DNA from: an uncultured Clostridium sp.
GTDB lineage: Bacteria > Bacillota_I > Bacilli_A > RF39 > UBA660
NCBI GenBank assembly: GCA_905193755.1
Contig: CAJJPX010000003.1
Span: forward strand, 14,925 to 78,924
Reading direction: 5' to 3'
DNA length: 64,000 bases
The notes beneath the pieces were generated by a model. It saw only the letters and a list, made by a program, of their open reading frames with translations. It was not told where the DNA came from and searched no databases. Of the stretch, positions 39,257 to 47,388 are shown in pieces; the first letter of the stretch is position 1, and each line of letters opens with the position of its first letter. A program made the translations under genes and the position numbers.

Positions 39257-39676
39257 TTATTCAAACATTTCATTAAATATATCTCCTTTTATATTTATAA
39301 TGTCTGTCATACTTATAATAGAATTATCAGTGAATTTTACATTTTTCTTTATTAAGTCTATTCTTTTGATTATTCCTGTTTTTTGTAGATATTTTCCACC
39401 TGATTTTTTTTGATCTTTTATGAAGTATGTAATGGTTATCTCATTTTGATCATTTAAGTGCTCATTTAAATAGTTCAGTTTATCACTTATTATTTCTTTT
39501 TGACTATCATCTAAAACTATTTGCTTGTCAGTGAGTCTTGCTGTTTCTTTTATTTCACTATCATATCCTACTAGTGCTGCAAATGGTGCGAATTGAGAAG
39601 CACGGGACTCCATACTTGAAGAAGGGCGTTTAGAAACTGGTCTATCTAAATTAACAATATCATCATAATTATTCAT
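39257..39676 (-). CDS. YolD-like protein (accessory partner of Y-family polymerases)
   Basis: SQFAPFAALVGYD motif. 4-nt overlap with the upstream Y-family polymerase gene. Confidence 0.7.
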   Translation of the reverse strand: MNNYDDIVNLDRPVSKRPSSSMESRASQFAPFAALVGYDSEIKETARLTDKQIVLDDSQKEIISDKLNYLNEHLNDQNEITITYFIKDQKKSGGKYLQKTGIIKRIDLIKKNVKFTDNSIISMTDIINIKGDIFNEMFE

Positions 39677-41172
39677 CCTCTATGTCCTCCTACTTCTTTA
39701 TTTCTTTCTTTAGCTGTTGCTCCTTCCTCGTAGTTCATTGCTTTTAAAATAGAGTTTTTTCCATATTTTTTCTTAATATCTAGTAGTGTCTTTTGAATCT
39801 TTTTTTCTTCTATCTCGTCTTCCAAGCTTTTTTCTTTTTGTTTACTTATTTCTTCATAATTACTAAATAAGTCTACTTGTTCTATTATTGGTTTATCTTC
39901 AGTGTCTTCACTCACTAAATTGCAAGCTGTTAAGTTAAGTCTTCTAATTAATAAGATAGGATTTACTATTCTATCATAAAGTTTCATTATTTCACTTGTT
40001 ATTACTTTTGTTGAAGAGGTTTTATGGTCTATGTTTGCTGTTCCATGAGCATGTTTTGGTACTCTTCTTCCATATGCATCTATGGTTACTTCACCACGAT
40101 ATTTTCTTGCAATTTCAGGTGTTGTTAAACTTTCTACGTCGTAACCTATAGTTAGAACAAATTGATCTGTTTTTAAATGTTTTTCTACCAAATCTAGTAC
40201 TAAGTTATCTGTCATTTCTCTTACTATAAGTTTTGTTTTTTCATAATTATATGGGCAGTGTAATACTTGTCCTTGACTTATACTATTAGTTGATGGTTTA
40301 TATTTTTTAGCATCTCTTATAGTACAAGGTTCATATCCCCAAGCGTGATCTATTAATAACTCTGCATTTACTCCGAATAATTTATATAAGAAGTCTTCGT
40401 TATTAATGGACATTCTTGCAACGTCTCCCATCGTATGCATTCCATTTTCTTCTAATTTTTTAGCATATCCTTTGCCTACTCTCCAGAAGTCCGTTAGTGG
40501 TTTATGACTCCATAATTCTTTTTTATATTTCATTTCATCAAGTGAAGCAATTCTTACACCAAACTTATTTGGTTTCATCTTTTTAGCTGTAACATCCATT
40601 GCTACTTTAGCTAAGTACATATTTGTACCTATTCCTGCGGTTGCTGTTATACCAGTAGTATTATAAACATCTTCTATAATCTTCATAACTAATTCTTCAG
40701 CAGTCATCTTATAAAAACTTAAATAATTAGTTATATCACAAAATACTTCATCTATTGAATAAACTAATATATCTTCTGGAGCAATATATTTTAAATAGAC
40801 ATTATAAATATTAGTACTGTATTTCATATATAGTTTCATTCTAGGGACTGCAGCTATAAAATCTAGTTCAAGGCTTGGATCATTATTTAACTTTGAAGCG
40901 ATATATGACTTTCCAGTAAAGTTCCTGTAGTGATTATTTTTTCTTCTTTGATAGTTAACTTCTTTTATTTTTTGTCTTACTTCAAATAATCTACATCTTC
41001 CACCTAGTCCATAAGATTTAAGTGAAGGTGATACTGCTAAACAAATAGTTTTATCTGTTCTTGATTCATCTGCCACTACTAAGTTAGTATCTAGTGGATC
41101 TAAGTTTCTCTCTCTACATTCTACTGATGCATAGAAACTTTTTAAATCAATACACATATATACTTTGTTCAT
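39673..41172 (-). CDS. Y-family (UmuC/UvrX-like) translesion DNA polymerase
   Basis: CIDLKSFYASVECRERNLDP..LVVAD N-terminus and SIDEVFCDIT catalytic acidic motif. Confidence 0.88.
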   Translation of the reverse strand: MNKVYMCIDLKSFYASVECRERNLDPLDTNLVVADESRTDKTICLAVSPSLKSYGLGGRCRLFEVRQKIKEVNYQRRKNNHYRNFTGKSYIASKLNNDPSLELDFIAAVPRMKLYMKYSTNIYNVYLKYIAPEDILVYSIDEVFCDITNYLSFYKMTAEELVMKIIEDVYNTTGITATAGIGTNMYLAKVAMDVTAKKMKPNKFGVRIASLDEMKYKKELWSHKPLTDFWRVGKGYAKKLEENGMHTMGDVARMSINNEDFLYKLFGVNAELLIDHAWGYEPCTIRDAKKYKPSTNSISQGQVLHCPYNYEKTKLIVREMTDNLVLDLVEKHLKTDQFVLTIGYDVESLTTPEIARKYRGEVTIDAYGRRVPKHAHGTANIDHKTSSTKVITSEIMKLYDRIVNPILLIRRLNLTACNLVSEDTEDKPIIEQVDLFSNYEEISKQKEKSLEDEIEEKKIQKTLLDIKKKYGKNSILKAMNYEEGATAKERNKEVGGHRG

Positions 41173-41381
41173 TTTATCACCTCCAGTTTAGTTAAATTCA
41201 TATAATGATTATATCATAAAAAAGACTAGTTTTTTATAACTAATCTTTTACTTAACTTCTACTACTTCTTTGATATTAATCATTCTATAATATAGTGTTT
41301 TCTTTCCTTTTTTTTCTTATGTTTCTAGTATCTTTGTTTCCTGCTATAAAAATTTCATATTTGTTGTCCGTTTTATCTCCT

Positions 41382-41709
41382 TTAATTCCAATATTCATAA
41401 TCTTCTTTATCTATGAAATTAGGTATTTCTATATTTTTATCTTTTGTATCTAGCACTCTATAGAAATCTAGTTGATTCATAAGGGACTCGCCTATATAAT
41501 AAACCATTAAGAAGTTTTCATCTTTATCATTTGCTAGCGTGTATACTCTTGTATCTTTATCATTATAACGTATCATCTATATCACTTTTATATTCTCCCA
41601 TAATGAAACTTATAGCATTTTCTTTTAATTCTGGATAGTTTGTTCTAGTAAGTATTGTAACTAATACTAGCACTAGTATAATTCCTATTACTATTAATTT
41701 ATTTTTCAA
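41382..41709 (-). pseudogene. Probable frameshifted gene: TTG-start 48-codon signal-anchor ORF (41563-41709) overlapping the 64-aa ORF (41382-41576)
   Basis: Manual translation of the upstream part gives MKNKLIVIGIILVLVLVTILTRTNYPELKENAISFIMGEYKSDIDDTL, then a stop. It overlaps the next ORF by 14 nt in another frame. Confidence 0.35.
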
Positions 41710-42715
41710 TGTAACCGCTTATTCCTTTTGTATACATATCATCCGTTATAGATTTATATTCATTTCCATCGTAGTCATCAGTAAATCCATTATATGCTTT
41801 ATAAATTTCACCTGTATCTGTGTTATAAACTCTTTCGTATCCAAGTATTGCATCACTTTGTTTTTGACTCATTATATCATAACTAGCACTTCTCTTATTC
41901 CATGAATCCATTATTCCATTACTTATTTGATTACAAACACTTCTCACATAGTTAAAGTCTTTCATTACTGCATCTTGCTCTTTGGCAAAGCCATTCATAA
42001 AAGTATCTGTGAATTCTAGTGATGAAACGATTTGATTTAATGTTTCTTCCCAGTTAACTTATTCATCTTTTGGAGCACTTATAAATATTGCATCATATAC
42101 ACTTAATGTATAAATGTCTATTTTCTTACCACTAGTAATGTTTTTAGTTACATAATATGGTCCAGCATCATAAACGTATGCTGTGAAAAGTCCTTCTAAT
42201 TCTTTTTTATCTTTATTTGTAAAAGTTGCTCTTAAGATGTCTCCACCTATATTAGATGTTCCTAGCTTATCAACTACTTTAAAGTCATTAATAGTTGGAA
42301 AAGTAAATTCGTCTGTATTATTAAGTTTTCCTAAATCATTAAATATTTTATAGAATGCTTCAGTTGTCTTAGGGGACAACACTGATGTTTTAGCAAATAT
42401 ACTACTTGGATAATATTTTTGTTGCCATTCTTTTGCTTCTTGTGACTTATTGTATCCTTCGGTTTTTAAATTAAAGAAAAATTGGTAAGATTCGTCACTT
42501 GGATTATAAGCTTTTATGGTGTAATGAATATAGTCTCCTAATACATCTACTTTCCATCCTTCTGGTATTTTTAATTTTATTAGACTATTATCATAATCAA
42601 CAAGTTTTATTTTCTTAGTTTCACTTTCTCTTATTTTAACATTTTCTTTTGTACATGCAGTTAAACTTATAATTAATGTTATGCATAATAAAATAGATAA
42701 TATTTTCTTTTTCAT
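41699..42715 (-). pseudogene. Lipoprotein gene interrupted by a single in-frame TAA (218-aa + 99-aa ORFs share one frame)
   Basis: Lipobox LTAC at the N-terminus. TAA at 42059-42061. The same frame continues VNWEETLNQIVSSLEFTDTFMNGFAKEQD... into the 99-aa ORF. 42715 and 41998 both leave remainder 1 on division by 3. Confidence 0.75.
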
Positions 42716-42794
42716 ATATTCTCCTTTTACTTGATTAAATAATTCTATGATTATTATATCATAATAATTTATTTTTTTTTAAATAAAATCACTT

Positions 42795-43451
42795 TTACTT
42801 TCTATTTATAAATTTTTCTTTATCACATTCATACGTATAGCATGTTAGAATGTTTCCATTTTCATCAAAGTATGTTGAAGTTTTTTCTCCAGTTCTTACG
42901 AATCCGAGTTTTTCCATTAATTTCCATGATCCTCTATTTATAATAGCTGCAGATGTTATTATTTTAGATATTTCTATTTCATCAAACATATATTCAAGTA
43001 TTTTTGTAGCTGCTTCAGTTGCATAACCTTTTCCTTGATACTTTGGGCTTATAAACCAGCCAATGTCTCTTATATCTTTAGAATCAATGAATTCTTCTTT
43101 AGGTTGAACTGTTATTTGACCAATTACTTCGTTATTCTTAGTAAATATACTCCACGTAAACTTTTGACTATTATCTCCTGACTTAATACAATCAATCTTC
43201 TTTTCATAAAATGGTTTTTGTCTTTCCCAATTATTTAGTTCATCTAAAAAATATTTTCTTGCTTCTCTTAAATCATTTATATTTTCTTTTGACAAATTAT
43301 ATTTTTTAAATATTCTGTCTGGTGTTGGAAAATAATATTTATTTACATTTTCATCTCTAAGTATGTTCCATAATTCATGTTGTTCTTCTATAGTTGGCAC
43401 TTTAATATACAAGTTTTTTGTTTCTAAATCTCTAGTTTTAATATCTTTCAT
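42795..43451 (-). CDS. GNAT-family (RimJ/RimL-like) N-acetyltransferase
   Basis: ISPKYQGKGYATEA acetyl-CoA motif. 218 aa. Confidence 0.75.
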   Translation of the reverse strand: MKDIKTRDLETKNLYIKVPTIEEQHELWNILRDENVNKYYFPTPDRIFKKYNLSKENINDLREARKYFLDELNNWERQKPFYEKKIDCIKSGDNSQKFTWSIFTKNNEVIGQITVQPKEEFIDSKDIRDIGWFISPKYQGKGYATEAATKILEYMFDEIEISKIITSAAIINRGSWKLMEKLGFVRTGEKTSTYFDENGNILTCYTYECDKEKFINRK

Positions 43452-43558
43452 TTATATCACTATCCTTTTTAAAAATTATAACATTTATTTTGATACATAA
43501 AAAGAAAAAAATAACTTTAATTTTCGTTTTTTAAATTTTTTGCTTTTTTATTTATTTT

Positions 43559-43609
43559 GGTGCCGTGCTAAAGTGCCATTATTACATCGAGTGCCATATA
43601 AAGTGCCAT
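43559..43609. repeat. Array of three exact AGTGCCAT (minus: ATGGCACT) direct repeats plus one degenerate copy
   Basis: Exact copies at 43572-43579, 43590-43597 and 43602-43609. Degenerate ggtgccgt at 43559-43566. GC-rich octamers in an AT-rich spacer. Confidence 0.85.
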
Positions 43610-43665
43610 AAAATTTAATGCTTTATAATAAGTTATGATATTTTATAATACTTTTAATATAAATT

Positions 43666-43704
43666 AAAAACACGCATAAATTCTGGCTTTATAGCGTGTT
43701 TTCT
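43666..43704 (-). terminator. Terminator after the tRNA pair
   Basis: Stem aaacacgc/gcgtgttt with an 18-nt loop, followed on the minus strand by TTTTTAATTT. Confidence 0.6.
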
Positions 43705-43715
43705 AATAATCATTA

Positions 43716-43791
43716 TGGTGCTGAAAATAGGAATTGAACCCACAACCTACTGATTACGATTCAGTTGCTCTACCACTTGAGCTATTTCAGC
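43716..43791 (-). tRNA. tRNA-Thr (anticodon CGU)
   Basis: Manual cloverleaf: GCTGAAA TA GCTC AAGTGGTA GAGC A ACTGA ATCGTAA TCAGT AGGTT GTGGG TTCAATT CCTAT TTTCAGC A CCA. 76 nt with encoded CCA. Confidence 0.9.
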
Positions 43792-43792
43792 A

Positions 43793-43866
43793 TGGTTGCC
43801 TCAATAGGATTCGAACCTATGATGCTGGAGTCAGAGTCCAGAGCCTTACCACTTGGCCATGAGGCA
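43793..43866 (-). tRNA. tRNA-Gln (anticodon CUG)
   Basis: TGCCTCA TG GCC AAGTGGTAA GGC T CTGGA CTCTGAC TCCAG CATC ATAGG TTCGAAT CCTAT TGAGGCA A CCA. U1-A72 and a 3-bp D stem, as in Bacillus tRNA-Gln. Confidence 0.88.
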
Positions 43867-43875
43867 ATGAATGTA

Positions 43876-44244
43876 CTAGTTGTATGACAACATAATACTT
43901 TTTTTAGTATAAACTAAACCTAATAAATCTATATTTAAATATATATCATATAGTTCTTTATTCTTAACTATTTTAAAATCTATATCTTCTTTGCTTATAT
44001 CACTTGGTATATTATTTACTTCATAGATTATTTCTTCTACTGAATCTCTTAAAGTTATTTCATCTTTTATATCATCTAATTCATCTTTAGTTAGTGTTGT
44101 TCTAAATTCTAGTTTTATATCTCCTAGATCTTCAAAATAAGTTTCTATTCTTAAAGTAAATGTACTCATGATACCACTTTCATTTTCCCATATAACTGTT
44201 GTTTTGTCAGTTAAGCTTTCATTATCGATTTTTAACATAAGCAC
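43876..44244 (-). CDS. Hypothetical acidic protein (122 aa)
   Basis: ORF only, located between tmRNA and the tRNAs. Confidence 0.45.
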   Translation of the reverse strand: MLMLKIDNESLTDKTTVIWENESGIMSTFTLRIETYFEDLGDIKLEFRTTLTKDELDDIKDEITLRDSVEEIIYEVNNIPSDISKEDIDFKIVKNKELYDIYLNIDLLGLVYTKKSIMLSYN

Positions 44245-44288
44245 TCTCTTTCATTTAAAAAGACTTTATTAAGTCTAAATTACATATT

Positions 44289-44640
44289 TGGTGGAGATGA
44301 GGAGTAGCGAACTCCTGTCCAAGATTCATCCCAGTAGAACTTCTACAAGTTTAGTTGGTTTTTAATTTCAAATAATAATGTAGATTGCCAACTTCTCTTA
44401 TTATTCTAGGATTGCTAATTATTCTTTATAAACCACAAACAAATTTATAATATAGCTCACTTTATGACTCCCAACTTAAAACTCGTGAGCAAAAGTTAAA
44501 AGCGGAAGCTCCGTTTTACTTAATTAAGCAAAAGCTGGAGAGAAATTAAAATCGTTTCCGATTATTTTTGTTTTGCATTTAAAGTATGCCTACTACTTGC
44601 ATCCTACCCAGACATAATCCTGTCGAATCAATGCATCCCC
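44289..44640 (-). ncRNA. ssrA: tmRNA (SsrA)
   Basis: 5' end GGGGATGCATTGATTCGACAGG. 3' end GGACAGGAGTTCGCTACTCCTCATCTCCACCA. The acceptor stem pairs GGGGATG/CATCTCC with a G3-U wobble. The internal reading frame AAA ACA AAA ATA ATC GGA AAC GAT TTT AAT TTC TCT CCA GCT TTT GCT TAA ends in the hydrophobic AFA-stop (stop at 44524-44526). Confidence 0.92.
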
Positions 44641-44721
44641 ATATGTGTTAATTATATCATAATATATGTTTTATTTCTAGTTTTATTGACAAAATAGGCA
44701 TTTTTTCTTAAAATTATAGAT

Positions 44722-45447
44722 ATGAAATATAGTGCGTTAAAAATTGTTGAGTTAGTTATAGTTAATTTAATAACACTTACTAGATTAGTAGGTGCACTTT
44801 TGCTTCCATTAATATATGTTAAATATGGAGCTAGTATTTGCGCAATATGGACTATAGTTTTATTTGCCACTGATGCGATAGATGGCTTTTTAGCAAGAAC
44901 ACTTAAAATTTCAACATTCTTTGGAAGTGCTATGGATGGAATAAGTGATAAACTGTTAAATGCTATTTCATTCATTATACTGGGGTTTCAATATAATATC
45001 ATGATTCCACCACTTATTTTGGAACTAGCAATAATGTCAACAATATATTCTACGTATAGATTTGGTGGTAATATTCAATCAAGCAAAACTGGTAAAATTA
45101 AAACTATAATATTAGATGTATGTGTTATACTTAGTTTTACTCTTATGAGTTTACCTGCACTTAAAATAAATAATTTTGTTATAAATCATTTAATTCATAA
45201 TACTAGTGGATATATAATATTACTTGGATGTATTATAACTATTGCATCTATTATTACACTGATGGACTATAATAAAAAGAATAAGAACACTAGAGATAAT
45301 AAAAAATTAACACATATTAAGTACCAACATAGAATTAAAAAAACAACAAAAGAGGTAATAAATGATCTATTTGATACTGACTACTATATAAAACATAAAA
45401 ACGAACCAATAATGAAACAATTCTATAAAACTAAAGTAGCTAAGTAA
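44722..45447 (+). CDS. CDP-alcohol phosphatidyltransferase family protein
   Basis: DAIDGFLARTLKISTFFGSAMDGISDK matches D(x)2DG(x)2AR...G(x)3D(x)3D. Polytopic membrane protein. Confidence 0.8.
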   Translation: MKYSALKIVELVIVNLITLTRLVGALLLPLIYVKYGASICAIWTIVLFATDAIDGFLARTLKISTFFGSAMDGISDKLLNAISFIILGFQYNIMIPPLILELAIMSTIYSTYRFGGNIQSSKTGKIKTIILDVCVILSFTLMSLPALKINNFVINHLIHNTSGYIILLGCIITIASIITLMDYNKKNKNTRDNKKLTHIKYQHRIKKTTKEVINDLFDTDYYIKHKNEPIMKQFYKTKVAK

Positions 45448-45512
45448 AATGCTACTTTTTTCTTTTAATATAAGTAAATATATGCTACAATTATAATCAA
45501 GGAAGTGATTAG

Positions 45513-46103
45513 ATGAAAAGAAAAATAAGTATATTCCTTATAATAATTGTTGCAGTTGTAGGTACAATACTTATTTATAAACATTTTGATAAGAAAGTTA
45601 TTGATAATAAAAGTGTTACTAAATTTTCGGATGAATATACTTTAGTAGATAAGGATAACGTATTTGTGTATTCGAATATAGATGAAATAGCAAATATGAT
45701 TGAGAATGGTACTGGTATTATATTTATTGCTTATCCAGAGTGTCCATGGTGTCAAAGGTATGCTATGTATTTAAATGAAGTTGCTAAAGAAAATAACATC
45801 AAAGAAATATATTATTTAAATATTAAACATGATAGACAAATTAATTCTAGTAAATACTCTAAGATAGTGAGACTACTTGAAAATTATTTATATTCAGATG
45901 ATACTGGTAAAGCTAAAATATTTGTTCCTGATCTTATATTTGTAAAGAATGGTAAAATAATAGCTAATGATAATGAAACTGCTATTACTATGGCAAGTAT
46001 GGATATTGAAACTTATTGGACTGAAGAAGTAATAATGGAATTTAAAGATAAAATAACAAATTATATAAGAGAATATGACACAACATGTTCTATTTGCAAT
46101 TAG
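45513..46103 (+). CDS. Membrane-anchored thioredoxin-fold protein (CPWC)
   Basis: N-terminal TM helix and a YPECPWCQRY redox motif. Confidence 0.65.
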   Translation: MKRKISIFLIIIVAVVGTILIYKHFDKKVIDNKSVTKFSDEYTLVDKDNVFVYSNIDEIANMIENGTGIIFIAYPECPWCQRYAMYLNEVAKENNIKEIYYLNIKHDRQINSSKYSKIVRLLENYLYSDDTGKAKIFVPDLIFVKNGKIIANDNETAITMASMDIETYWTEEVIMEFKDKITNYIREYDTTCSICN

Positions 46104-46115
46104 GAGGAAGATAAA

Positions 46116-46427
46116 ATGTATTGGCAATATATAGTTATAATATTAGTGTTATTATTAATATCACTTGTAATTATTAAGATGAGAAGAAAGGATTTCCATG
46201 TTGAAATAAATAAACTTATTCAATATTTAGGTGGTAAAGATAACATACTTGATGCTCAAATAAATCTATCAAGACTTAAGGTTACGTTAAAAGATGTTAC
46301 TTTAGTTAATAAAGAAGGAATTCAAAAATTAGGAGCTAAAGGTATAGTTGAAATAGATAATGAACTTAAGATTATACTTGGTCCTAACTCAAAACAATTA
46401 AAAAAATACATGGCTGATTTAAAGTAG
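46116..46427 (+). CDS. Membrane-anchored PTS EIIB(Glc)-like domain protein lacking the catalytic Cys
   Basis: YLGGKDNILDAQINLSRLKVTLKD aligns with the EIIB consensus LGGkeNI..v.hCaTRLRf.l.D. Asn stands in place of Cys. Confidence 0.55.
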   Translation: MYWQYIVIILVLLLISLVIIKMRRKDFHVEINKLIQYLGGKDNILDAQINLSRLKVTLKDVTLVNKEGIQKLGAKGIVEIDNELKIILGPNSKQLKKYMADLK

Positions 46428-46440
46428 TAATTTTACTACT
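46423..46440 (+). terminator. Terminator after the EIIB-like gene
   Basis: agtagt-aatttt-actact followed by T7. Confidence 0.6.
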
Positions 46441-46485
46441 TTTTTTATATATTAAAGACACTAATACTAGTGCCTTTAATAATTA

Positions 46486-47145
46486 TTATTTTTTTAGTTT
46501 TAACATTGTTTGTTCTTTTTGAGCTCTATCCATACCTCTTTTACATTCTTCTTTATATATATCCATTAATTCTCTTATCAATGGATATATTTCTTGTTTT
46601 TCTCTATCAGATACATAATCAAAGTTACCAATCATTATGTCATATACTAGTTGTTCAGTGTCTTCTCTTAGAATTCGATCTACGGTTTTTCCAGTTAACC
46701 TTTTTACCATTTTTGTAAGTGTTACTTGGTATTTTTCCCATCCTTTTACTATTTCAAATTGATCTAATAATGGATAACATTTACCTTTTACTTCACTAGG
46801 TATTAGGTTTACTCCTCCACTTGGTCTATTTTCTAATGAGTATGGGCATCCTCTTTCAGTTAGTACTGAACAACAACTTTTCATTGATATTAAATCTACT
46901 ATTCCTCTATTTTTGTTTCTAACTCTTAAATAAAGATAAGGTACTATATATTTAGTTCCATTCTTAGTTCTTTTTATATCTATCGCTGCTACAATTGATG
47001 TTTTACCTTCTTTTAAGATTTCTTCTAAAGCCTTTATACTTAAATCTTGAAAGTCATTTGTACTATAATCACATCCACATTTTTTACAGCATTCGCCTTT
47101 ACATTTCTTACATATTTCTTTATTTTCATATTTATTATTTTCCAT
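46486..47145 (-). CDS. Cysteine-cluster (CxxCxxCC, YkgJ-like) protein
   Basis: CKKCKGECCKKCGCDY. Preferred start is ATG 47145 (MENNKYENKE), preceded by GAGGGG. Confidence 0.55.
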   Translation of the reverse strand: MENNKYENKEICKKCKGECCKKCGCDYSTNDFQDLSIKALEEILKEGKTSIVAAIDIKRTKNGTKYIVPYLYLRVRNKNRGIVDLISMKSCCSVLTERGCPYSLENRPSGGVNLIPSEVKGKCYPLLDQFEIVKGWEKYQVTLTKMVKRLTGKTVDRILREDTEQLVYDIMIGNFDYVSDREKQEIYPLIRELMDIYKEECKRGMDRAQKEQTMLKLKK

Positions 47146-47192
47146 ACTTGCCCCTCTTTGAGGGTATATTATACTATATTTATGTTTTTTTA

Positions 47193-47351
47193 TCAATAAT
47201 AAGGATAGTATCCATATGGATTTTGATAATAAACTGGTCTTGGTCTATAAGGATTAAATGTGCCTACTGCGACACCTCCTGTTAAAGCTCCTAAAAGAAA
47301 TGGTGCTGCAAAACCAAATCTATCTTTTCCATACTTAAAGTTTCCGTACAT
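47193..47351 (-). CDS. Small Gly/Tyr/Pro-rich peptide (52 aa)
   Basis: Below ORF-track size. RBS GAGGTGA precedes ATG 47351. Translation is MYGNFKYGKDRFGFAAPFLLGALTGGVAVGTFNPYRPRPVYYQNPYGYYPYY, then TGA. Confidence 0.4.
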   Translation of the reverse strand: MYGNFKYGKDRFGFAAPFLLGALTGGVAVGTFNPYRPRPVYYQNPYGYYPYY

Positions 47352-47388
47352 ATACTCACCTCTAATTTATACTATGAAAAAAGCACAT

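Noticed and set aside
39005-39355. 116-aa plus-strand ORF and 75-aa minus-strand ORF (39046-39273) overlapping the VanZ N-terminus and the YolD-like C-terminus.
   Set aside because: The plus-strand ORF is antisense low-complexity sequence. The 75-aa ORF has one TM-like segment and might be the frameshifted N-terminal part of the VanZ gene. I could not support either reading, so it is left unannotated.
41173-41381. Possible small genes in the spacer upstream of the Y-family polymerase.
   Set aside because: Only very short fragments interrupted by stops and T8/A8 runs are present (for example MKFL-stop and MINIKEVVEVK-stop). It is treated as decayed non-coding DNA.
43556-43570. tggtgccgtgc as a duplicated tRNA 3' end (att remnant).
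   Set aside because: Only the generic TGGTGC (GCACCA) matches. The rest does not match the adjacent tRNA-Thr or tRNA-Gln acceptor and T arms.
43559-43609. Reading TGGCAC in the ATGGCACT repeats (and at 5022-5030 and 32755-32763) as sigma-54 -24 elements.
   Set aside because: No TTGC -12 element lies at the required spacing. In TGGCACTTGCC the GG-to-GC distance is 7 rather than 10. The motifs also sit downstream of sigma-A-type -10 boxes.
44652-44975. 107-aa minus-strand ORF overlapping the start of the CDP-alcohol phosphatidyltransferase gene.
   Set aside because: It is antisense to a motif-supported plus-strand gene and abuts the tmRNA promoter region. It has no RBS or domain.
46470-46718. 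82-aa plus-strand ORF. The same reasoning applies to 46995-47285, 45894-46127, 48101-48298, 48498-48698, 49672-49959, 50666-50917, 55814-56035, 56516-56866, 57978-58193, 58953-59279 and 61743-61937.
   Set aside because: All are antisense or overlapping artefacts inside better-supported genes, with hydrophobic low-complexity composition.
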